A DNA stretch of 64,000 bases from a virus (IMGVR_UViG_3300028887_000067:1-64000), one strand, 5' to 3'. Shown: positions 1 through 8,343, counted from the stretch's first letter. Notes: generated by a model not told the origin, from the letters alone. Made by a program: numbers and translations.

Positions 1-10
1 CTAATGGCCC
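1..10 (-). tRNA. 5' fragment of a further tRNA gene, truncated by the window edge
   Basis: Minus strand reads GGGCCATTAG, identical to the first 10 nt of the tRNA at 25..98, with the same upstream TAT. Confidence 0.6.
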
Positions 11-24
11 ATACATAAAAACAC

Positions 25-98
25 TGGACCGATGTCGGGCTCGAACCGACGACCCCCTGATTGCAAATCAGGCGCTCTACCAACTGAGCTAATGGCCC
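25..98 (-). tRNA. tRNA-Ala(UGC)
   Basis: GGGCCAT-TA-GCTC-AGTTGGTA-GAGC-G-CCTGA-TT[TGC]AA-TCAGG-GGGTC-GTCGG-TTCGAGC-CCGAC-ATCGGTCC-A. G3:U70 and A73 present; one extra C in the 3' acceptor strand; no encoded CCA. Confidence 0.93.
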
Positions 99-194
99 AT
101 ATCCGAGGAGCCGCAACTACGTGCAGCGCCCGGAACAAGAAATATGGTTATCCGAACTGTCAATCTGCCGACGAGCTTCACGAGCTCGTCTTAG

Positions 195-268
195 TGGACA
201 CAGACGGGATTCGAACCCGTAAATCCGCTCCGTGCTAGGGAGGGGCATTACCATTCTGCCACTGGCCC
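195..268 (-). tRNA. tRNA-Ala(AGC), unusual A34 anticodon
   Basis: GGGCCAG-TG-GCA-GAATGGTAA-TGC-C-CCTCC-CT[AGC]AC-GGAGC-GGATTT-ACGGG-TTCGAAT-CCCGT-CTGTGTCC-A. G3:U70, A73; extra T in the 3' acceptor strand; C27-C43 mismatch. Confidence 0.85.
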
Positions 269-285
269 ATATGATCGGTGTATGT

Positions 286-321
286 AAAAAGCCCCGGTTG
301 CTCTTGTTGCAACCGGTGCTT
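286..321 (-). terminator. Intrinsic terminator just upstream of the tRNA cluster
   Basis: Minus strand AGCACCGGTTGC-AACAAGA-GCAACCGGGGC-TTTTT. Confidence 0.75.
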
Positions 322-347
322 CCTATCAAACATCAACCTTCAGGAAA

Positions 348-461
348 TCATCGGTGCAACCCTTGCATGCAATCGTCCAGCGTATAGCCTGCGAACCAGC
401 AATTGGACTTTGCCAACTGTTCGCTTCCGCGTGCGCTAATGTTGAGTTTTGATTGCATCAT
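348..461 (-). CDS. 37-aa putative leader peptide MMQSKLNISARGSEQLAKSNCWFAGYTLDDCMQGLHR (below the ORF-track cutoff)
   Basis: ATG at 461 preceded by GAGGTG Shine-Dalgarno; TGA at 348-350; GCTAAACT motif at 490-497. Confidence 0.55.
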   Translation of the reverse strand: MMQSKLNISARGSEQLAKSNCWFAGYTLDDCMQGLHR

Positions 462-583
462 AGTAGGATTCACCTCTGTTACGAAAACAAGTTTAGCAAT
501 CCTCGATAAGAAAAACAAGGGTTTTTTGGCAATTTTTCGAAAAATATTAAAAAAGTGTGATTTTTGTCACACTTTCGTAATAA

Positions 584-1399
584 CTAGGCCTGCGGCGAGT
601 TGTTCGACGGGGCCGGCCCGGACATGAACTGGCCGGAAATAACCAATCTATATCGATGCGGAGTTGGTGGTGTATTTTCAACGTATTTAACCGGTATCAC
701 TCTAATCCACAACGAATCCTGACTATTACCGAAGGTTATCGTAATCTCATATCTTTCATGATTAACTCGACCAAATGACTGATGGTCAATTGGAATTTGA
801 ATATCCGGGCGAGTTTGACCAGATGGTGTTGGATTTGCACGAGTATCATAGGTGACATTATTGTACGACGGAATCAATACATTTTGATATTCATAAAAGA
901 CACCAAATCGCATAACGGTCACTATACTGAAAATTTCATTTGGATCCAAGTTTGCGCTGGGCTCTTCATCCGGTACCGAAACAATGATTGAATCGGCGTT
1001 TCCGTCTTGACTACGATTCCATTTAACCTTAATTTGATGACCATTCGGCGACGCAATAATAACGTCATCACCAACTTGATACCTATCATTATTTACATCG
1101 ATGGAAACATCTTGACTGAATGCGAACGTATTTCTCATCGCATCGAGCACACCCAATGCGTTAATGGGCCTATGACTATCAGCGAGACCACTATCCGGAA
1201 CAAATGTCGACTGAATACTTTCCTGATTAACGTGAATATTTCCGTTAGTATCTCTATGAGTCCACGATACGTATTTATCCGAGGGTGCGCCCGTAATCAT
1301 CGTACTGCCGACACCCATATTGTTCTGCGCCGTCGCCTTTTCAGTGGGGTCTAACGACTGATCCACGCTCCAGAGTATACTCGGGTTCTCCTTGCTCAT
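584..1399 (-). CDS. Putative fibre-associated structural protein (271 aa)
   Basis: N-terminal QSLDPTEKATAQNNMG resembles the QxLTxxQKxQARxNIG motif of phage fibres; GAGGAG RBS; AT-richer 3' part. Confidence 0.5.
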   Translation of the reverse strand: MSKENPSILWSVDQSLDPTEKATAQNNMGVGSTMITGAPSDKYVSWTHRDTNGNIHVNQESIQSTFVPDSGLADSHRPINALGVLDAMRNTFAFSQDVSIDVNNDRYQVGDDVIIASPNGHQIKVKWNRSQDGNADSIIVSVPDEEPSANLDPNEIFSIVTVMRFGVFYEYQNVLIPSYNNVTYDTRANPTPSGQTRPDIQIPIDHQSFGRVNHERYEITITFGNSQDSLWIRVIPVKYVENTPPTPHRYRLVISGQFMSGPAPSNNSPQA

Positions 1400-1474
1400 C
1401 TATTCGCTCCTCGTTGATTTCTGTACAAAGCGGGCCGGCCCGGAAAACGCGGGCCGGCGTCGCGACACGCGGGA

Positions 1475-2428
1475 CTACGCCCTCACCCCGCCGTGGCTGG
1501 CCCTGTATTTGGCGAGCGCGGCCTGCTTGAGCATCTTCATGCGGTCGCTGGACTTGGCGCTGGTGCCCAGCAGCTTGGAAATGGCGTCCTCGGTGTTCCT
1601 GTTGACGACGAACCCGCTGTTGCTGGACAGGAACTGGCTGACGCCCTGCGACCCGCCCTTGCGGTACGCGTCGATGGCGCCGGTGACGACCTCGATGCCC
1701 TCGATCGTCGCGGGGGAGGTGTCCTTCTCCTTGGAGATGTACTCCCTGTAGAGACGCAGGTCGCGGGCGAGCTTGTCGAGACCCGCCATGATCTCGGTCT
1801 TCGCCGACTGGTCGGCGGCGATGTCCTGGTCGCCAGTGAGCCACACGGCGAAGTTGGGGTCCGACCCACGGCGGAGGTTGCCGGCCATGTTGGAGATGTA
1901 GGCGTCGATATACTCGCGTGCCTTGGCTTCGTCGGACATGTAGGAGCCGATGTCGATGAGCTGGTACTGGTTGAAAGTCTTGGCTATGTCGACGACGAGC
2001 TCGCCCACCACGCGGGCGGTTGGGACAGTGTCGTAGGCCTTGGCTTCCTTCTCCCCCGCCTCGTTGGCATAGGCGTCGTCGTCCTTGAGGACGTTGTCGT
2101 TGTCGCCGGCGTCGTAGTCCTCGTCCGACTGGAAGGACCGGGCGTGGTTCTCGCGGTTGATGATGTCGTCCACGGGGCGCACTTCGGGATCGGCGTCGTC
2201 CTGCGGGGCCGTGCCCATCACCGGTTCGGGCTCGGGCTCGGGTTCGGCAAGTTTCTTCTCGGCGTCGGCCTGCTTCTTCGTCTTGCCGCCGACCACAGCG
2301 CCGGCGTTTCCGAACAGGCCCTCGAACATCGGGTTGATCCCGCATATGTCGGCGAGCTTCGACACGCACTCGACCTGCGCCTTCGTAAGGCCGAGTTCGT
2401 CCCTCGTGATAAATTCAGTAGCGTTCAT
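1475..2428 (-). CDS. Late acidic protein with PEPEPEP linker; putative internal head protein
   Basis: Phage-typical GC3 bias; ATAAACT at 2459-2465; N-terminal leader ending MFEG. Confidence 0.7.
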   Translation of the reverse strand: MNATEFITRDELGLTKAQVECVSKLADICGINPMFEGLFGNAGAVVGGKTKKQADAEKKLAEPEPEPEPVMGTAPQDDADPEVRPVDDIINRENHARSFQSDEDYDAGDNDNVLKDDDAYANEAGEKEAKAYDTVPTARVVGELVVDIAKTFNQYQLIDIGSYMSDEAKAREYIDAYISNMAGNLRRGSDPNFAVWLTGDQDIAADQSAKTEIMAGLDKLARDLRLYREYISKEKDTSPATIEGIEVVTGAIDAYRKGGSQGVSQFLSSNSGFVVNRNTEDAISKLLGTSAKSSDRMKMLKQAALAKYRASHGGVRA

Positions 2429-2458
2429 AAAAAATAAACCCGTGGTATGTTTCCCACA

Positions 2459-2465
2459 AGTTTAT
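2459..2465 (-). promoter_or_regulatory. Late promoter box ATAAACT
   Basis: Recurrent motif, about 30 nt upstream of ATG 2428. Confidence 0.7.
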
Positions 2466-2489
2466 CAGTTTGCCGGATGTACCGAGCGG

Positions 2490-3023
2490 TCACGCGGTGG
2501 TCGCGGAGGCGGACGAGTCGGAACCCGTACCGTACCCGGCGTCCACGCCGTTGATGGTGGCGGCTCCCGGACCCGCGAAAGTGGCCTTGGTGCTGAAGCC
2601 GGAAACGGGTTCGCTCCGGAGCGAGGCGACGGACATCTCGGGCGGGTTGGGGAGGTGTTCCTTGGCCTTCTTGATGAGACCCGTGACGCTCGCGTCGGAC
2701 TTCATGTGGATCCGTTGGGGCCGGTACTCCTCACGGAAGGCCTCCTGCGTTTCCTCGTGCGCGTCCCTCGTGCACCGTCCGCCGCACGGCTCGTAAGTGT
2801 AGGGGGTCTGGACGTCGGGCTGGGACGTGGAGCTCGCCGTGGGGACCTGCTTCATGATGTTCTTGTAGTTCGGGAACGGCGTGACCGCGCTCATCGAGGA
2901 AGGCACGGTGAGGTGCCTCGAGTAGTCGGCCTCGCAGAGCGACTCGTACAGGTCGGTCGCCGCCTTGACCCACGGCTTGCCCCGGTCGAGGCAGGCAAGC
3001 ATCTTTCCGAACGGGGAACCCAT
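2490..3023 (-). CDS. Hypothetical protein (177 aa, start MGSPFGKM); putative internal head protein
   Basis: ATG lies 2 nt past the stop of the upstream gene; leader ends LYESLCEA. Confidence 0.65.
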   Translation of the reverse strand: MGSPFGKMLACLDRGKPWVKAATDLYESLCEADYSRHLTVPSSMSAVTPFPNYKNIMKQVPTASSTSQPDVQTPYTYEPCGGRCTRDAHEETQEAFREEYRPQRIHMKSDASVTGLIKKAKEHLPNPPEMSVASLRSEPVSGFSTKATFAGPGAATINGVDAGYGTGSDSSASATTA

Positions 3024-3024
3024 G

Positions 3025-3369
3025 CTAGGCCTCCGGCGGCTGTTCCGTGCCGTCCTGCTGTTCGGCCTGCTCGGCCTGCTCGGACGCGGCGTTGGCCTTG
3101 GCGGCAACCTCGGCGTTGACCTCGGTCAGGTTCTCGTTCGCCTCGTCGGCGGACTTCTTGGCCTCGGCGACCTTCGCCATGTCGCCCTGCAGTTCGTTGA
3201 TAGACTCGTCGGGGAGCTTGTTGAGATCGACCTGGTTGATGGTGGTCTCGTTGGGCTCCAGCGTGCTCTCGTACAGCTTCTTGGCGGTCTCGGCAAGTCC
3301 TTCGAGGTGCTTGGCGGAACACATCTTGTCCACCGACTCGAAGAACAACTTCTTCCTCTGTTCGTCCAT
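3025..3369 (-). CDS. Acidic helical late protein (114 aa, start MDEQRKK); putative prohead/internal protein
   Basis: ATAAACT at 3396-3402 places the start at ATG 3369; FFES and LYES motifs. Confidence 0.7.
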   Translation of the reverse strand: MDEQRKKLFFESVDKMCSAKHLEGLAETAKKLYESTLEPNETTINQVDLNKLPDESINELQGDMAKVAEAKKSADEANENLTEVNAEVAAKANAASEQAEQAEQQDGTEQPPEA

Positions 3370-3395
3370 TTGGAAAACCCGTTGTAGTTTCCCGT

Positions 3396-3402
3396 AGTTT
3401 AT
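3396..3402 (-). promoter_or_regulatory. Late promoter box ATAAACT
   Basis: Recurrent motif upstream of ATG 3369. Confidence 0.65.
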
Positions 3403-3404
3403 CA

Positions 3405-3998
3405 TTACGACACAAGCAGGAGGCGGACTTCCGTGCAGTCCGAATCGACCATTTCCCGCACGGCCTCCAGCAGTCCCTTGTTCTTCAGGGCCCTGGCATA
3501 CATCTCGTCTTCGGCAACGAGGTCATATATGAGTTCCTTGGACACGGGGAAGGTGAGCTGCGAGGCGAGCTTGGCTTGCGCCGTCTTCTTGCTGTCCGAC
3601 TCATCTACCCGCCATTCGTCGCCCACGGAGAGTTCGCCGTCGTACTCGCGGCTCGCCGTCATACCCAGCGCCGTCAGTGTCGTGACGAATCGGTCGCGGT
3701 GCCTGTCGATAGCGTCGTCGACGCGTTTCTCGTAGTCGGCAAGCCCGATAGCACGGAACGACGGGACAATCTGCCTGTCGCCTTCCATGGACTTACTGTA
3801 TATGCAGCGGACGCGTTCCGACAGGGAGTCGATCTCGACGGGGTCGAACGAGTTGAACCTGTCCATGTCAGTCCAGTCACCCTTCTCCCCGACCATGTAG
3901 TCACGGAAATACCCCGTGACGGAATCTTCTCCGGCGAGCTTCCATTCAGTCGCGCCCTTCGGGCGGTACTCGACATACAGGGACACGAAAAAACTCAT
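3405..3998 (-). CDS. Hypothetical protein (197 aa)
   Basis: Tightly packed operon ORF with GGAGG RBS. Confidence 0.8.
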   Translation of the reverse strand: MSFFVSLYVEYRPKGATEWKLAGEDSVTGYFRDYMVGEKGDWTDMDRFNSFDPVEIDSLSERVRCIYSKSMEGDRQIVPSFRAIGLADYEKRVDDAIDRHRDRFVTTLTALGMTASREYDGELSVGDEWRVDESDSKKTAQAKLASQLTFPVSKELIYDLVAEDEMYARALKNKGLLEAVREMVDSDCTEVRLLLVS

Positions 3999-3999
3999 A

Positions 4000-5031
4000 C
4001 TATCCTCCAGCGAAAACTGACACGCCGAGCGCGGTGCCCAGCATCAATACAAGCACGGCAAGCGCTATGACCATTACGCGCAGGATGCGCACCGACTTGC
4101 CCATCTTGTCGAACGCGGTCTGTGTCTCGTCCATCAGCGAGGAGAACTGCGTCGTGATATTGTTGACCGAGGACTCGAGCTGCGTCACCCTGACGGGAAT
4201 CATGTCCCGGTAGGCGGGGGGCTTGGACGCCTCCACGGCAATTTCCATCGCCTTGGCCACGTCGGCCTTGGTCTTCTCGAGGTCGGCGGCCACCTTTCCG
4301 GCCGAGTGCATAGCGTTGATTCCGTATGACTGGGCGAGCTCGGCGCTCTTCCAGAGGAGTTCCATCTCCTGCCCCAGCTCGTCATCCTCGACGTCGGAAT
4401 CGTTACCATCATCGTAGGAGTCGACCTCGCTTCGTTTCATCTCCTGCTTGTAGAACCGTGCGAAGTCTTTGGCGAAATGGTCGACGGTCTCCTGTTCCGC
4501 CTCGGACAGCTCGAAACCGGTCGCTGCGCCGTCGATGAGGTTCGCCATCTTGACGTCGGAGGTCGCCGTCAGGCTGGGCTTGAAGTAGTGCACCGTGTAC
4601 CGCTCGTCACCGCTCGACCCGTCCCGCTCGAATCCGTCGAACAGCTTTTCCGGGATCTGCACGTTGAGCGGGGCGACAATGGCAAGGCGGTAGTCGATCC
4701 CCATCCCGTCCAGCAAGCCCGTGACTGCATCGGAGCCCACGATGGTGATATCGCCCATGTCGACGTCCGTCTTCATCGAAAGGCCCACGGCGAGCCTCAC
4801 GGCCGGCTCCTCGCCATCGGCGACGAACAGGCGCGACGTGTATATGCCGAACTCCATCGGGGGGAGCCCGTTGTAAATCCTTGGGATAATCGACTTCGGG
4901 AGGACGACGAGCCTATGAGACAGAACGGGTTCCAGCCCGTCACACTGGAACACCTTGTTGGGGAGGGCGAGAATGTTTCTCCGAATCAGGTTTCCGTCCC
5001 CGTTAACCGCTAGAAGAACGTCAATATTCAT
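4000..5031 (-). CDS. Hypothetical protein with coiled coil and C-terminal transmembrane helix (343 aa)
   Basis: C-terminal ILRVMVIALAVLVLMLGTALGVSVF; helical region before it. Confidence 0.8.
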   Translation of the reverse strand: MNIDVLLAVNGDGNLIRRNILALPNKVFQCDGLEPVLSHRLVVLPKSIIPRIYNGLPPMEFGIYTSRLFVADGEEPAVRLAVGLSMKTDVDMGDITIVGSDAVTGLLDGMGIDYRLAIVAPLNVQIPEKLFDGFERDGSSGDERYTVHYFKPSLTATSDVKMANLIDGAATGFELSEAEQETVDHFAKDFARFYKQEMKRSEVDSYDDGNDSDVEDDELGQEMELLWKSAELAQSYGINAMHSAGKVAADLEKTKADVAKAMEIAVEASKPPAYRDMIPVRVTQLESSVNNITTQFSSLMDETQTAFDKMGKSVRILRVMVIALAVLVLMLGTALGVSVFAGG

Positions 5032-5474
5032 CCTTTTTTAACCTCGAATGAAATATAGCTGAGTTCGTACTTCGTGACCACGCCGTCCTTGTCCTCGCCG
5101 ATACCGACCGGGAAGAAGTACAGCTTGTCGAGACCATGTGTCGCTATTGCGTCGGACAGCAGCTTCCCGTACTTGTTCTTCCGGATGCGGAACGACATGA
5201 CGAGTACGTCCCCGTCGATACGTGCGCCGACGGATTCCGCCATCGCGTGCTCCGGCCACGACTGGAACGGCGGTATTCGCTTGAAGTTGCGCTCGACCGG
5301 CGAGACTTCCTCGATACTGAACTTCTTGCCGCCCGCTATGTCGAGAATGATTTTCTCGCCGATGGAGCGGGGGTAGACGCACTTCGACCCGTTCTCGTAG
5401 ACCGAGTCGAACTTCATCACCCTGACGTCCACCACCTGTGGCTCACTTCTTTGCTTCGTTCTTTGCTTCGACAT
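5028..5474 (-). CDS. Hypothetical protein (148 aa)
   Basis: ATGA overlap with the downstream gene. Confidence 0.75.
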   Translation of the reverse strand: MSKQRTKQRSEPQVVDVRVMKFDSVYENGSKCVYPRSIGEKIILDIAGGKKFSIEEVSPVERNFKRIPPFQSWPEHAMAESVGARIDGDVLVMSFRIRKNKYGKLLSDAIATHGLDKLYFFPVGIGEDKDGVVTKYELSYISFEVKKG

Positions 5475-5760
5475 CCTTCATCCACCTCTCGACAAGGTCG
5501 GGGCGACCGAGCGACCTGACCAGATCCTCCATAAGGCGACGCCGTCCGGACCAGTACTTCCCTATGGCCATCAGGAACCCGCGAACCTGCGGGCCGATGT
5601 CCCTGTCGTTGATGACGGACATGTACTTGGAGTGCATGTCCCTGCACCCGTTCCAGTCGGCGAACAGCTTCTTCTCGTCAGCCATCATGGAATCGTACAG
5701 CTCGCGCTGCTTGTCCGTGAACGACCTGATTATATCCTCTATCTTCGGCGCCTTGCTCAT
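5443..5760 (-). CDS. Hypothetical protein (105 aa, start MSKAPK)
   Basis: ATG 5760 overlaps the stop of the upstream small ORF. Confidence 0.7.
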   Translation of the reverse strand: MSKAPKIEDIIRSFTDKQRELYDSMMADEKKLFADWNGCRDMHSKYMSVINDRDIGPQVRGFLMAIGKYWSGRRRLMEDLVRSLGRPDLVERWMKDVEAKNEAKK

Positions 5761-5864
5761 ACTCGGGATTTCCTTACAGTACGCACAATGGCTATGATGT
5801 CGGCCACTATTTCGACGCACAGGGCAATTATGTAGATTTTATTCTTCACAGTCATATTATTCAT
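5757..5864 (-). CDS. 35-aa hydrophobic peptide MNNMTVKNKIYIIALCVEIVADIIAIVRTVRKSRV
   Basis: AAGGAG RBS; ATGA coupling to the next gene; fills an intergenic gap. Confidence 0.55.
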   Translation of the reverse strand: MNNMTVKNKIYIIALCVEIVADIIAIVRTVRKSRV

Positions 5865-5883
5865 TTCTGTAGTATCTCCTTAG

Positions 5884-6804
5884 TTAATCGTCGTGCAAGG
5901 CAGCATCAAGATGAGCGACCGCCTTCAAAAAGTTAACGATCTTGTATTCAGAATCCGGATTGCAATGGAAATCGCACGAGAATTTCGGATAATGTATACT
6001 GACTTGGCTGTCTGGCGACAAACACGGCATGATATTGAATGTTATATCAAGCCGTTTGTCAAAAAATCTGAGCGATGCCGTCGGTTCTCTGTACACTATC
6101 CAGCCGGTCATATTTTCAAGGTCGATCTGCTTGCCGTACTCAGCTTGGTGGTTATAGGTGCGTATCTGCTGCTCGACCACAACCTTGATAGCCTCGGCTA
6201 CCTTGAGCTGGGCTTCTAACTTATTCTTGGCCCGTACCTCCGACTTGAGAGCACGGTCTAGGATATCGGCGACGGCTTGAACCGAGTCGGCTTCATCGTT
6301 GAACCGGCCGTTTTTAAGCTTGCGCTTTATAGCGCCGAGAGAGACCAAGTCGATCTGCTTGTCCTGTCCATTGCTAGTGTCCGAACCGTCCAAGTGGATG
6401 TGGACTCTCTGGGTGAACCGATCCTTGAGAAAGTCGTCCGTCTTATTACATCCGTGGACCAGCCCTAAATAGAAACGGTGAAGCAGCTCGTTACTAGAGC
6501 GGGTGAGAAAGAACGGAACCAATTCTTGAGACGTGATGTAACAGTTGTCCGCGTTCTTGACCACCGGGAGTGTCTTGGTCACATAGAAAATCGACGACCG
6601 CAAGTCGTTAAGGAACTTGCCGTTGATCTGCATCCCATAAATGTCACGGAAAAGCGTGGCACGGAAAATCGAGTAACCAGACTCGGTTACCATAAGACGA
6701 TCAATTACAAGCTTGTAATATACATCGAATTTCTTGTTACCGAAGTAACTGACATAGCAAACCGAAGTAAGCGGATATTCGCGTTCTGGAATCATACAAA
6801 CCAC
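5884..6804 (-). CDS. Hypothetical protein (about 306 aa)
   Basis: Long ORF in operon, no motif recognised. Confidence 0.8.
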   Translation of the reverse strand: MVCMIPEREYPLTSVCYVSYFGNKKFDVYYKLVIDRLMVTESGYSIFRATLFRDIYGMQINGKFLNDLRSSIFYVTKTLPVVKNADNCYITSQELVPFFLTRSSNELLHRFYLGLVHGCNKTDDFLKDRFTQRVHIHLDGSDTSNGQDKQIDLVSLGAIKRKLKNGRFNDEADSVQAVADILDRALKSEVRAKNKLEAQLKVAEAIKVVVEQQIRTYNHQAEYGKQIDLENMTGWIVYREPTASLRFFDKRLDITFNIMPCLSPDSQVSIHYPKFSCDFHCNPDSEYKIVNFLKAVAHLDAALHDD

Positions 6805-6817
6805 TCCGGTCTTCTTA

Positions 6818-6937
6818 TTAATCCCAGAAAAGGAGTATGGCCATAATCACTTCGAGCACACCCTCGATGATGTCGGCGAGGACTCCCAAACAACCAACGC
6901 GTTCCGTCGAGCTATTATCTTTCTTCTTAAACAGCAT
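6818..6937 (-). CDS. 39-aa putative membrane peptide MLFKKKDNSSTERVGCLGVLADIIEGVLEVIMAILLFWD
   Basis: ATG overlaps the end of the nuclease gene; hydrophobic C-terminus. Confidence 0.45.
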   Translation of the reverse strand: MLFKKKDNSSTERVGCLGVLADIIEGVLEVIMAILLFWD

Positions 6938-7817
6938 TCTTCCCCCCGAACTGGTTGAGGATGGTGACCACCTCGTTTTGCAAGTCCTTGCACTTGAAAA
7001 CCTTGTAGGTAGGCTGGTCCTCGCTAAACCAACACAGATAGCAGTTACCGATTTCAATACCGGTCATTTCCTGGAACATCAGCTTGTAGCACCCGAGCTG
7101 GAGAGAATACTCGTCGAGCTTGCTCTGGGAGAGATGTGCGCACGGCGCCATCAGCGGATACTTGGATTCGGTATCGAACTTCGTGTTTGTCTTCCAATCC
7201 CATATCTCGAATTGTCCGGACTTGAGGTTGTAGAAAAGCTGGTCGACCATACCGCAGACCATATATTTCGGACTGCCTATGACGAGTTCGGACTTGATGG
7301 GAATCATCTTGCCGCGTATGTCGGCGAGGAACTTGTCCACGTGGGCAACGCAGACGTTGTACTTGGGGAGGACCGGGTCGACCCCGTCGAAAAGCTTGGC
7401 GAATATGTCAGGATCAGCCCCGGCGACGAACCGGACGTTCGGGTCGACGGCGCCCAGCAATTTCTTCTTGTAGGCCTCACGAGTGAGCGAGAGCATCACG
7501 TCGAACAGCGGATACTTCATGAACTTGTTGGCGAGCGCGTTCTCCACGTAGTTGTGGACGGCCGTTCCCTTGGCGGTCGAGATAATGTTTCCCTTCCCCC
7601 ACATAATTCGGACGTCCTCTGCGGTCACGTCCTTGCCCTCGGCACGCATCTTCGCAGCCGTGGACTCGGTTTTTTCGGCCTCGTTGAACGGCGGCTTCAA
7701 GGATCCAGTGACTCGGGTGACAGAAACGGTCCGCACCCCGTTGAAAGTATAGCTGTGGAACTCCGGGTCGAACCGGATTGCGTTGAATATGTCAAGTTTT
7801 TGGGCTAAATCGTGCAT
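6927..7817 (-). CDS. PD-(D/E)XK (Cas4/RecB-like) phage exonuclease
   Basis: FDPEFHSY, SVTRV, GTAVH, SELVI, GMVDQL...IWDWKT and YSLQL..Y motifs. Confidence 0.88.
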   Translation of the reverse strand: MHDLAQKLDIFNAIRFDPEFHSYTFNGVRTVSVTRVTGSLKPPFNEAEKTESTAAKMRAEGKDVTAEDVRIMWGKGNIISTAKGTAVHNYVENALANKFMKYPLFDVMLSLTREAYKKKLLGAVDPNVRFVAGADPDIFAKLFDGVDPVLPKYNVCVAHVDKFLADIRGKMIPIKSELVIGSPKYMVCGMVDQLFYNLKSGQFEIWDWKTNTKFDTESKYPLMAPCAHLSQSKLDEYSLQLGCYKLMFQEMTGIEIGNCYLCWFSEDQPTYKVFKCKDLQNEVVTILNQFGGKNAV

Positions 7818-7885
7818 TTTGAGTTTCAACTTTCTTTTTACTAAAATTAGTTCAAATAAGTTACAATTACAAACAGAGGACTATC

Positions 7886-8326
7886 ATGAAGGAAATCGAG
7901 AAATTATCCAACCGCTCCATCACGCTCGTCGAGTTCATGGCTGAAAAGCTTGGCGCCGTCCCCGGACAGCCGTGCTACCAGGCCCGAGTGGGCAGGATCC
8001 ACAACATGCTCCGCATAAGCAACAAAATCGTCGACGCCATCATCAGGAAGGACATCGGCGAGCAGTGGAAGCCAATCCCCGGCTACGAAAACTACAAGGT
8101 CAGCAACTTCGGCCGCATCATGGGCCTCTCGGGCGACCTCGTGACGCCATATCTCAGCAAGGCAGGCGTCGAGATCTTCGACCCGTACATGCCCGACGGC
8201 CGGCGACGCCACCTGGCCATCAAGACGGCTATCGCCAGGGCGTTCTTTAACACGCAAAAGGGTCAGTCCATGGGTTACAGGGAGAAGGCCGGCCTCAACT
8301 CGGTCTACAACCTCAAGTTCGTCTAA
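7886..8326 (+). CDS. NUMOD4 DNA-binding domain protein with degenerate HNH region
   Basis: EQWKPIPGYENYKVSNFGRI is NUMOD4; IARAFF and NSVYNL remnants lack the HNH histidines. Confidence 0.75.
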   Translation: MKEIEKLSNRSITLVEFMAEKLGAVPGQPCYQARVGRIHNMLRISNKIVDAIIRKDIGEQWKPIPGYENYKVSNFGRIMGLSGDLVTPYLSKAGVEIFDPYMPDGRRRHLAIKTAIARAFFNTQKGQSMGYREKAGLNSVYNLKFV

Positions 8327-8343
8327 TCATCCGGCAAAAACGA

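Noticed and set aside
32-329. ORFs 32..238 and 117..329
   Set aside because: They overlap tRNA genes and are translation artefacts
6927-7817. Cas4-like nuclease as evidence of a CRISPR system
   Set aside because: No repeat-spacer array or other cas genes seen, and no Fe-S cysteine pattern; ordinary phage exonuclease
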